Positions 1-11,670 of a stretch of 64,000 bases of DNA are shown in pieces. The translations under genes were made by a program, and so were the position numbers. Source of the DNA: Candidatus Marinacidobacterium sp. (GTDB lineage Bacteria > Acidobacteriota > Vicinamibacteria > Marinacidobacterales > Marinacidobacteraceae); the NCBI GenBank assembly GCA_965220965.1, contig OZ244852.1:2400001-2464000 (forward strand), given 5' to 3'. Positions within the stretch are counted from its first letter, which is position 1, and each line of letters begins with the position of its first letter. Below the pieces are notes generated by a model. That model had not been told where the DNA came from. It made no database searches and saw only the letters and a list, made by a program, of their open reading frames with translations.

Positions 1-56
1 TCGTCTGGATCGGTCGAAGGCCGACCGGATCCTGAAGCGCTCCTCGCGCTCGGGGA

Positions 57-72
57 CGTTTCACGGGAAACA
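57..72. promoter_or_regulatory. parS: parS centromere-like site
   Basis: CGTTTCACGGGAAACA matches consensus TGTTTCACGTGAAACA at 14/16 and lies just upstream of parA. Confidence 0.8.
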
Positions 73-108
73 TCACCCCCCCGGCGGTGGTAGCCTTCGC
101 CCGGTCTG

Positions 109-885
109 ATGCGGGTCCTGGCGGTCGCCAATCAGAAGGGCGGAGTGGGCAAAACCACGACCGCGGTGAATCTCGCTGTCGCCCTGGCGCAACGGGAGCG
201 GCGCACGCTCGTGGCGGACCTCGACCCGCAGGGCAACCTGACAGCCAGTCTGGGCCTCGGTCTCGAGGAAGAGGGCTACAGCGTGTACGACGCCCTCGTG
301 GACAGGGAGCCGCTGACCGCGGTGGCTTGCCCGACGCAGATCCCGCACCTTCTGGCCTGCCCTTCGGACCCGTCCCTTGCCGGAGCGGATCTCGAGCTGG
401 CCCGGGACCAGCCTGATCCACGCACGCGCGCATCCCGCCTCCGCGGCCTTCTCGAGGACTACCAGCGGGCGGAACCGGAGACGGAATTCGTCGTCCTCGA
501 CTGCCCGCCGTCGCTGGGCCTGCTCACCGTGAACGCCCTGGTTGCTGCGGATGCGGTGGTGGTCCCGATGCAGTGCGAGTTCTTTGCGCTCCAGGGGCTC
601 TCCAGCCTGCTGGATACGGTGGAGCGCGTCGCGGGCTCCTGGAACCCTCGTCTCCAGCTCGCCGGCATCCTCTTCAACATGGTGGACCGGCGCACGAACC
701 TGACCCGGCAGGTCATGGACGAGGTGCGGCAGGCGATGGGGGACCGCGTTTTCGCCTCCGAGATTCCCCGTTCCGTGCGGCTCGCCGAAGCCCCGTCCCA
801 TGGCGTCCCCCTCCACCTCTACGACCCAGGATCCCGGGCGCTCGCCATCTACGCCGATCTCGCCCGGGAGGTGATGGCCCGGTGA
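109..885 (+). CDS. parA: ParA/Soj chromosome partitioning ATPase
   Basis: NQKGGVGKTTT deviant Walker A, DLDPQGN, DCPPSLG, LAEAPSHG. Confidence 0.96.
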   Translation: MRVLAVANQKGGVGKTTTAVNLAVALAQRERRTLVADLDPQGNLTASLGLGLEEEGYSVYDALVDREPLTAVACPTQIPHLLACPSDPSLAGADLELARDQPDPRTRASRLRGLLEDYQRAEPETEFVVLDCPPSLGLLTVNALVAADAVVVPMQCEFFALQGLSSLLDTVERVAGSWNPRLQLAGILFNMVDRRTNLTRQVMDEVRQAMGDRVFASEIPRSVRLAEAPSHGVPLHLYDPGSRALAIYADLAREVMAR

Positions 886-1769
886 AGCGGCGCGGCCTCG
901 GACGCGGGCTGGACAGCCTTCTGCCCACGCGCCTTCCGTCGACCCCGGAGGGAGACGCCCGCGACGTGGCGATCGGGCGACTGGAACCGAACCCCGACCA
1001 GCCGCGCACGACGGTTTCGCCAACCGAGCTGAAGAGCCTCGCCGCATCCATCGCCGCGTGGGGCGTCCTCGAGCCGATTCTCGTCCGGCCTCATCAGACG
1101 CAGCCGGGCCGGTTCCAGATCATCGCCGGCGAGCGCCGCTGGCGCGCCGCCCGGCTCGCCGGGCTCGACCGTGTCCCCATCGTCCTCCGCGACACCGCGG
1201 ACCGCGACCTCGCCGTCCTGGCCCTCGTCGAGAATCTGCAGCGCCAGGATCTGAATCCGGTGGATGAGGCGCGGGCGTTCCGGCAACTGAACCAGGAAGG
1301 CGGTCTGACGCATGAAGAGATCGCCACCCAGGTGGGCTCCAGCCGGGCCGCGGTGACGAACGCGCTGCGCCTGCTGGATCTGGGCGCCGAGGCCCTCCGC
1401 CTGGTCGAGACCGGCCGCCTTCGGGCGGCGGCGGCCCGGGCGCTCCTCCCGCTGGACCGGGAGCGCCAGAAGACGCTCGCGACCGAGATCGTGGAGAAGG
1501 GTCTCCCGGTGCGAGAAGTCGAGCGCCGGGTGCGCGCGGCGGCTGGTTCCCGCGCTGGAGCGGGAGGTCGTCCGGCGCGAGCCGCGGGCGCGCGCCTCGA
1601 TGCGAACACCCGGGACGCCCAGGACCGGATGCAGCGGGCGCTCGGGCTCCCGGTCGCGATCCGCCGGCGGGGACGCGGCGGCGCGGTCAGGATCCGCTTC
1701 TTCTCCGAGGACGATCTTCACCGCGTCTTCTTGCACCTGACAACCAACGACACCCCGAACGAGGGCTAA
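882..1769 (+). CDS. parB: ParB/Spo0J partitioning protein
   Basis: GTG start overlapping the parA stop (GTGA); KRRGLGRGL N-terminus, AGERRWRAA, ENLQRQDLNP, HTH. Confidence 0.95.
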   Translation: MKRRGLGRGLDSLLPTRLPSTPEGDARDVAIGRLEPNPDQPRTTVSPTELKSLAASIAAWGVLEPILVRPHQTQPGRFQIIAGERRWRAARLAGLDRVPIVLRDTADRDLAVLALVENLQRQDLNPVDEARAFRQLNQEGGLTHEEIATQVGSSRAAVTNALRLLDLGAEALRLVETGRLRAAAARALLPLDRERQKTLATEIVEKGLPVREVERRVRAAAGSRAGAGGRPARAAGARLDANTRDAQDRMQRALGLPVAIRRRGRGGAVRIRFFSEDDLHRVFLHLTTNDTPNEG

Positions 1770-1782
1770 TCCAGCTTGCGCC

Positions 1783-2157
1783 ATGTGGAAGAGCTCATCC
1801 AGGAACGCCCATAGCGGCTACGTTGGGGCCGGATCCCGGTGGAACGGCGTTGTGAACGCCCCCGGCCCGTTCGAGGTCAACGGCGCCTTCGAGGGAGAAC
1901 TTCACTGCGAGGATGAAGTCTCGGTGGGACGCGCCGGCGACTTCCAGGGGAAGGTGTTCGCCCGCCGGGTGGTGGTGGCGGGCATCGTCCGGGGTGAGAT
2001 CGAGGCCGCCGAAGTCGAGGTGCGCGCCGGAGGGCGGCTCCCGGACGTTCTGGTCCGGACCGCGAGCCTGTCCCTCGACCCCGAGGGCGACGCGCAGGGG
2101 GCCCGGTTTCAGGTCAGCCCGGGAGCTCTGAGGAAGGACGAAGGCGCCAGCTCCTGA
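1783..2157 (+). CDS. Bactofilin (polymer-forming cytoskeletal protein)
   Basis: Beta-helix pattern VNGAFEGELHCEDEVSVG...GKVFARRVVVAGIVRGEIEA; usual position after parAB. Confidence 0.8.
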   Translation: MWKSSSRNAHSGYVGAGSRWNGVVNAPGPFEVNGAFEGELHCEDEVSVGRAGDFQGKVFARRVVVAGIVRGEIEAAEVEVRAGGRLPDVLVRTASLSLDPEGDAQGARFQVSPGALRKDEGASS

Positions 2158-2360
2158 GCGCGGCGGCGAGGCCCCTCTGACGGGTCGGTCCGCCGCCCCG
2201 CTCGTGGTAGCCTCCCCGCGCCTGTGAGCCCGCTCCGCGGGCGGATCCGCATCGGTCCTTCTCCCCCGCGACCGCGTCCCGGAACTCCCGGTCAGCCGAT
2301 CTCCGCTTTGGCGGCGGTGACCGCGCCGCGGCGCGCCAGGAAGCGTTCCCCCTTCGTTTC

Positions 2361-2789
2361 GTGACGATCATCCCCGACCTCACCGCGCTGCTGATTTCAG
2401 CGATCGTCGTGTGTCTCGTGCTCGTGCTGAAGTCCCAGTTCTTCGAGCCGCTGGCGCAGGCGATGGAGCGTCGCGAACAGGAGCGGGCCGCATCCAGCGC
2501 CGAGCGCCAGGCCGCCGAGGGGGATGCCCGGGCCGCCGCCGACCAGACCGAGGCCGCGCTCGCCGAGGCGCGCCAATCGGGCTACGCCGAGATGGACCGC
2601 CTCCGGCGGGAAGCGGGCGAACGGGCGGATGAGCGTCTCGCCGAGGCGCGACAGGCGGTGCGTGACACGGTGGAGAGCGGTCGCCGCCAGCTTCGCGAGG
2701 AATCGGCTCGGGCTTCGGCCGAACTCGAGTCCCGGGCGGAAGAACTCGCGGACGACCTGTCGGCCCGCCTCCTGAGGAAAGCGTCGTGA
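2361..2789 (+). CDS. atpF: ATP synthase F0 subunit b'
   Basis: N-terminal TM, FFEPL, charged coiled coil; first gene of the atp operon. Confidence 0.85.
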   Translation: MTIIPDLTALLISAIVVCLVLVLKSQFFEPLAQAMERREQERAASSAERQAAEGDARAAADQTEAALAEARQSGYAEMDRLRREAGERADERLAEARQAVRDTVESGRRQLREESARASAELESRAEELADDLSARLLRKAS

Positions 2790-3370
2790 CGCCTCGTTGT
2801 CGGGCGGACCTTCGGCGCGCCGCCGATGGCGCGCGCGTCCTCGTCGGGAGCCTGATCCTCCTGGCGCTGCCGGTCGCGGCGTTCGCCGCTGAAGGCGAAG
2901 GATCCCCGAACATCCCCAAGGCGGTGAACTTCACCATCCTGGCGGCGATCCTCATCTACCTCCTCGGCAAGCCGGTGGGCAATCTGCTGAACGCCAAGGC
3001 CAATCAGATCCGTGAAGGGCTGGAGGCCGCGCGCGGCGACCGGGCCGCCGCCGCGGAGGCGCGCGCGCTGGCCGAGCGGCGCGAGGCGTCGCGAGACGCC
3101 GACGCCGAGGCCGCCCGGGACCGGATCCGGGAGTCCGCCGTCGCCGAAGGGCAGCGCATCATCGCGGTCGCCGAGGAACAGGCGCGGAAGCTCACCGCCG
3201 CGGCCGAGGCCGAGATCCAGGCGGAGGTTCGGGCGGCGGAGCGCCGTCTTGCGGCCAGCGCCGCGCAGGCGGCGGTTCGCGTGGCCCGGAAACGCCTCGC
3301 CACGATGTCGGATGAGGATCACGATCGTCTCGTCCAGGCCGGGATCCAGGCGATTCGATCCGGAAGCTGA
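2786..3370 (+). CDS. atpF: ATP synthase F0 subunit b
   Basis: [19 protein letters not shown] followed by Ala/Glu/Arg coiled coil. Confidence 0.88.
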   Translation: MTPRCRADLRRAADGARVLVGSLILLALPVAAFAAEGEGSPNIPKAVNFTILAAILIYLLGKPVGNLLNAKANQIREGLEAARGDRAAAAEARALAERREASRDADAEAARDRIRESAVAEGQRIIAVAEEQARKLTAAAEAEIQAEVRAAERRLAASAAQAAVRVARKRLATMSDEDHDRLVQAGIQAIRSGS

Positions 3371-3388
3371 CGCGGCGCGGAGTTCAGG

Positions 3389-3952
3389 ATGCGTTCCGAT
3401 CAGGTGGCCCGGCACTACGCCCGGGTCCTGCTCGAGGTGGCGGTGGCCGAAGGCGACGACCTCGACGCTCTGGCCCAGAACCTCGACGCTTTCGCGCAAA
3501 CCGTCGCCGGGACGCCGGAACTCGCGCAGGCGCTCGGGTCTCCGGCGACGCCACGCGCCCGCCGCGCGCGGCTCGCCGCCTCGGTGGCCGAGCATGTCGC
3601 CTCCGACGCGTCCGGCCTCCGTCTGGCGCGTTTCGTGGCCGTCATGGTGGAACGGGAGCGGGCCGGCGAATTCGCGGCCACCGCCCGGGCCTACCGGGCG
3701 GCGCTCGACGAACACCGGGGCGTCGTGGAGGCCGAGGTCGTCTCGGCGCGTCCCCTCGACGACGCCGGCCGCGAGGCCCTCACCAGCGCGCTCGGCGCCG
3801 TCCTCGGGGGCCAAAGCACCCGCCTCGCGTTCCGGGAAGACCCTTCGCTCCTCGGCGGGTTCACCGTTCGCGCCGGGAACCGCATCTTCGACGCCAGCAC
3901 GAGCGGCGAGCTCGACCGTTTCCTCGCCGCGCACGGAGCGGCCGGACACTGA
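3389..3952 (+). CDS. atpH: ATP synthase F1 subunit delta
   Basis: [10 protein letters not shown]-terminus, [21 protein letters not shown]-terminus. Confidence 0.92.
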   Translation: MRSDQVARHYARVLLEVAVAEGDDLDALAQNLDAFAQTVAGTPELAQALGSPATPRARRARLAASVAEHVASDASGLRLARFVAVMVERERAGEFAATARAYRAALDEHRGVVEAEVVSARPLDDAGREALTSALGAVLGGQSTRLAFREDPSLLGGFTVRAGNRIFDASTSGELDRFLAAHGAAGH

Positions 3953-3986
3953 CCCTCCACAACCCTTCCGTAAAGCCCAGCACCTC

Positions 3987-5516
<1,530 letters not shown>

Positions 5517-5539
5517 GTCCGGCGTCCTGAACGAACCCG

Positions 5540-7862
<2,323 letters not shown>

Positions 7863-7910
7863 TCCGGAGCAGACCACCCACAGCGCAGGCGCACATCAAA
7901 CGGAACGGAC

Positions 7911-8327
7911 ATGAGCGAAAGCAGGCTCCGGCTCGAGGTCATCACCCCGGGAGGTGTGGTGTTCCGCGACGAGGTGGACTACGTGGAAGCCCCGGGGGTG
8001 CTCGGGTTCTTCGGGATCCTGCCCGGCCACGCGCCGTTCCTGAGCCAGATCGGCAGCGGGCGACTCCAGGTGCATCAAGGCGAGGAGCGCCACAACCTTT
8101 CGGTGCACTGGGGCTTCCTCGAGGTCCACGACGACGAGGTCATCGTGTTGACCGAGACCGCCGAGCAGGCCGATGACATCGAGCTCGCGGACGGAGCGAC
8201 CGCCATCCAGCGGGCCCGGTCGCGGCAGGAGGAGTTCGGCACGGCCTACGGCGGCGCCGGCGCGAGGGCGGCCGACGATGGCCCGGACGATCCCGGCGCC
8301 TCGGCCGACGAAGCCGGAACCGGCTGA
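7911..8327 (+). CDS. atpC: ATP synthase F1 subunit epsilon
   Basis: LEVITP, GILPGHAP, GFLEV; atypical C-terminus. Confidence 0.92.
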   Translation: MSESRLRLEVITPGGVVFRDEVDYVEAPGVLGFFGILPGHAPFLSQIGSGRLQVHQGEERHNLSVHWGFLEVHDDEVIVLTETAEQADDIELADGATAIQRARSRQEEFGTAYGGAGARAADDGPDDPGASADEAGTG

Positions 8328-8382
8328 GTCCTCGGCCGACCCCGGAACCCCGGCCCGGCGCGGCCGCCATAGAATGGGGCGA

Positions 8383-8925
8383 GTGCCCTCCCTCCCGCTT
8401 TCTCTACGTTCCCGGGGGTTCCGCGCCGCGGCGCTGTTTGCGGCGGCCCTCCTCGCGCCGGCTGCCCTCGGCTCCACGAGCCCGTCCCCCGGCGACTCAC
8501 CGTCCGGGCTCACCGTGGTTGAGGTCGCCTTCCACGCAGATCCGACCGCAGCCGGGGCCACCGGTCTCGCCGAGCCCCGTCTCGTGCTGCGCGCCCCGCG
8601 CCAGCTTCGGCTCCGGCCGAGGATGCCCGGAGAGTCGCGGCGTCCGTCGCTCGACGTTCGGGTGAGCGCCCGCCTCGAGAACCTGGAGGAGGCCGAGAAT
8701 CCGGAGGACTACTACTGCCTCGAAGAGGTGTGGGACTGGGACGACGACACCGAGTCGGTCTACGAGCCCGACTGCGATCCCTACGAACCGGGGGCTGACA
8801 TCGAGACCTACTTCTTCAACAGCCACCGTTTCTCGCTGCCCGGCACCTACCGCGTCTACCTCCGCCTCCAGCGTTCCGGCGAGACGGTGATCGCCGGCAA
8901 CATCTCGGTCCGCATCGCGAACTGA
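8383..8925 (+). CDS. Secreted hypothetical protein with PKD/Ig-like C-terminal domain
   Basis: Signal-like AAALFAAALLAPAALG; WDWDDDT...HRFSLPGTYRVYLRL; start GTG 8383 (alternative ATG 8374). Confidence 0.65.
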   Translation: MPSLPLSLRSRGFRAAALFAAALLAPAALGSTSPSPGDSPSGLTVVEVAFHADPTAAGATGLAEPRLVLRAPRQLRLRPRMPGESRRPSLDVRVSARLENLEEAENPEDYYCLEEVWDWDDDTESVYEPDCDPYEPGADIETYFFNSHRFSLPGTYRVYLRLQRSGETVIAGNISVRIAN

Positions 8926-9010
8926 GGCTGGGGACGGGGCCGCTCTCACGTCGCCGCCGAGCTTGGCTGAGCGGGTCAGGCGGCTTACGACTCCGGGAAA
9001 GGACCGAACG

Positions 9011-9484
9011 ATGCGAGGACTGGCGCTTTTCGTTGCGCTAATGATGGCGGCGCCGCCGGTGGCTGGCGGGGCGGTCCTGCCTCCGGTCGAACCGTCCGGC
9101 GAACCTCCCTCCCTGCTGGAGGCCGCGGAGGTCGGGGCCGCCAGCGGGGCGTGGCGGGCGCAGAACACCGCCACGATCACGACCGGGCTGATCCGGGAGG
9201 ACGACAAGCGCCGGAGTGCGATCGCCTTCGCGCTCAGCGGCGCGCTGGCGCTCGCCGGAGCCGGTCTGTGGCGGTGGATCCCGTGCCGCAACGCCTCCGC
9301 CACCGACACGAGCTCGACCGGTGCCGCGAAGTACAACAAGTGCTTCACTCCCGATGGCGACCGCCGCCCCTTCGACCCTCCCACGAAGTACATGCTCGCC
9401 GCCGGCATCGGTCTCGAGGTCGTCTCGCTGGTCTACCTGATCGCGCACCTCAGGAGCGACGACGGCGACGACCCCCAGCCGTAG
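9011..9484 (+). CDS. Hypothetical membrane protein, paralog 1 (signal peptide, two TMs, Cys-bounded loop)
   Basis: ATG 9011 after GGAAAGGA; clearly homologous to 9554..10045. Confidence 0.75.
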   Translation: MRGLALFVALMMAAPPVAGGAVLPPVEPSGEPPSLLEAAEVGAASGAWRAQNTATITTGLIREDDKRRSAIAFALSGALALAGAGLWRWIPCRNASATDTSSTGAAKYNKCFTPDGDRRPFDPPTKYMLAAGIGLEVVSLVYLIAHLRSDDGDDPQP

Positions 9485-9753
9485 CCCGCTCGAATCTCCC
9501 GCCCCGCGGATGACCTCCGTGGCCCGGCGAAGGACCACTCCGAAGGACTCCCCATGAAGCAAGCCGTCGCGCTCCTCATCGTGATCACCCTGGTGGCGCC
9601 GCCGGTCTCCGCCAGCGCGCGTTCCGCTCCGGGCCCGGCGCCATCGGTCAGCCTTCTGGAAGCCGCCGAGGCCGCAGCCGCGACCGGGGCGTGGCGGGCG
9701 CAGAACACCGCCACGATCACGACCGGGCTGATCCGGGAGGACGACAAGCGCCG
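9145..9753 (+). repeat. 69-bp exact direct repeat (9145-9213 and 9685-9753) inside the two paralogs
   Basis: Base-by-base identity CGGGGCGTGG...ACAAGCGCCG; copies offset by 540 bp. Confidence 0.92.
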
Positions 9754-10045
9754 CAGCGCGATCGCCTTCGCCATCAGCGGCGGACTGGCGTTTGCGGGCG
9801 CTTTCCTGTGGCGTTGGCTCCCGTGCCGGGGCACCGGCCCCGGAGAGGGCCAGGAGGTCGGCGGCGTTCCGCAATTGGGCTACAACAAGTGCTACACCCC
9901 CGAGGGTGAACGACGGGGATTCGAAACGCCGACCAAGGCGCTGCTGGCCGCCGGGGTTGGCCTGGAGCTCGTTTCTCTCGCCTACTGGATCGCCCACCGC
10001 CGGTCACAGAACGACCAGGCGGACGACGACCAGCAGCAGCCGTAA
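9554..10045 (+). CDS. Hypothetical membrane protein, paralog 2
   Basis: AAGGA RBS, signal peptide, shared GAWRAQNTATITTGLIREDDKRRSAIAFA block. Confidence 0.78.
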   Translation: MKQAVALLIVITLVAPPVSASARSAPGPAPSVSLLEAAEAAAATGAWRAQNTATITTGLIREDDKRRSAIAFAISGGLAFAGAFLWRWLPCRGTGPGEGQEVGGVPQLGYNKCYTPEGERRGFETPTKALLAAGVGLELVSLAYWIAHRRSQNDQADDDQQQP

Positions 10046-10082
10046 GGCCGCGCCGCGGCGAGACTCCGGGCGCGCGAAACCC

Positions 10083-10655
10083 TTACCGCAGCCCCAGCAA
10101 GGTCTGTAGACGCCGCAGTGCGGTGCTCAAATCGCCGCCATGTGCTCCCATCCAGGGATGCACCTTCGCTGGCGACACACTGAGCCATGCGGTGTCGCGC
10201 CCCGCGGCGCCACCGTGTTGATGGGAAAGTCCGGCGAGGACGCCGGTGTTCGACATCAGGAAGTCCTTCTCGAACACCCATGCGTGCGCGGCAAACGGAG
10301 ACACTCCCAGACAGATCAGGATCCGATAGTTCTGATCCCGGATCTGCTGGAACCGGTAGACACCGGTGGCCCAAAGCGTGGAGAACTTGATCTCGGCCCG
10401 AACTCCCTCCAGGATCCGGTCCGCCTCCTGGTCCGGTGAACGAAGGACGTTGATACCCCGGGCGGCGCACCACCCCGCGACCAGATTCTCGCCGATCGCT
10501 CCTTTGCGACGGGACTGCTGGCGCTTGATCCAGGCGAAAGGGCTCTGCGACCAGATCAGATCCCTCTCGGTCTGGTAGTCGCCCTTCAGCCCCTCCGCCA
10601 GCCCGGCCAGCAACTGGACTTCGGGATCGCCGATCATGCGGCCGAGCCGTTGCAT
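10083..10655 (-). CDS. Putative Type II restriction endonuclease (PD-(D/E)xK)
   Basis: GAIGE...EADRILEGVRAEIKFS nuclease-like motif; overlaps the end of the MTase gene. Confidence 0.65.
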   Translation of the reverse strand: MQRLGRMIGDPEVQLLAGLAEGLKGDYQTERDLIWSQSPFAWIKRQQSRRKGAIGENLVAGWCAARGINVLRSPDQEADRILEGVRAEIKFSTLWATGVYRFQQIRDQNYRILICLGVSPFAAHAWVFEKDFLMSNTGVLAGLSHQHGGAAGRDTAWLSVSPAKVHPWMGAHGGDLSTALRRLQTLLGLR

Positions 10656-11548
10656 GCCGCAGCAAAGAGGCTCGGCGCCGCCGGTTGGACACGAGGCGCT
10701 TCGAAACCAACGGTCTCCGCGCCATAGGTCGCCAGGCGCGTCGCCATGACGCGCGCGGCCTCCGGACTCGAGTCAATCAGCAGGTAGTCCCGACCGTGGA
10801 GAGCCGCGGCTTCCCCCGTCGTTCCAGAGCCCGCGAAGAAGTCCACCACCAGGTCTCCCGGATTTGAGTGGACCTTGACGATGCGCTCCAGGACGCCCAG
10901 CGGCTTCTGTGTCGGGTATCCGGTCTTTTCCCGGCCCGTCGGGCTCACGATAGTGTGCCACCACACATCCGTCGGCGTCTTTCCCCGGGCGGCCTTTTCC
11001 TTTCCGACCAGCCCCGGCGCCATGTAGGGAATCCGGTCCATCTCATCGAAATGGAACGTGTAGGCGGCGGGATCCACGGCGTACCAGAGGATCGTGTCGT
11101 GTTTCGCGGACCACCTGCGTTTCGAGCGGGCGCCGTAGTCGTAGGCCCAGATGATCTCGTTCATGAAGGAGTCCCGCCCGAAGATCCCGTCTAGCAGCAC
11201 TTTGCAGTAGTGGGCCTCGCGATAGTCGATGTGGAGGAAGAACGATCCGGTTGGCTCGAGGAGCCGACGGGCTTCCCGGAGGCGGGGCTCGAGGAAGCCA
11301 AGGTAGTCGTCGTGGCGGTCCTCGTAGCCGCTCCGGCCAACCACTTCGGTTCGGTAACGCTCCCCCTGGAAGCCCGTGCGGTCGCCGTTCCTGTCGCGTG
11401 CGACCCGGATGCGGGTGCGACTCTGGGTCCTGCCGGTGTTGAACGGAGGATCGATGTAGATCAGTCCCACGCTGCCGGCGGTCATCTCCCGGAGCACCGG
11501 GAGGTTGTCCGACAGGATGATCCGACCGTTCGATCGTCGGGACTTCAT
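10634..11548 (-). CDS. Site-specific N6A/N4C DNA methyltransferase (beta class)
   Basis: YIDPPFNTG, YPTQKP, DFFAGSGTT; probable start MKSRR. Confidence 0.92.
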   Translation of the reverse strand: MKSRRSNGRIILSDNLPVLREMTAGSVGLIYIDPPFNTGRTQSRTRIRVARDRNGDRTGFQGERYRTEVVGRSGYEDRHDDYLGFLEPRLREARRLLEPTGSFFLHIDYREAHYCKVLLDGIFGRDSFMNEIIWAYDYGARSKRRWSAKHDTILWYAVDPAAYTFHFDEMDRIPYMAPGLVGKEKAARGKTPTDVWWHTIVSPTGREKTGYPTQKPLGVLERIVKVHSNPGDLVVDFFAGSGTTGEAAALHGRDYLLIDSSPEAARVMATRLATYGAETVGFEAPRVQPAAPSLFAAACNGSAA

Positions 11549-11670
11549 CGGCTCAGCGGGCGTTCTCCGGCTGTGGACCGGATGCGTGCTCTCGCGCGCG
11601 CTCCCACCCGCGCCACCGAGGGTAGCACCGAGCTGGAGCCGCGCCTCGACCATACCGCGGCGGCCCGGTT

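Noticed and set aside
3012-3986. Apparent N-terminal extension of AtpA
   Set aside because: Off-frame read-through of atpF/atpH; the canonical start is at 3987
9145-9753. Repeat pair as a CRISPR array or DGR template/variable repeat
   Set aside because: Only two copies, both in-frame coding, identical with no adenine-specific changes; no cas or reverse transcriptase gene
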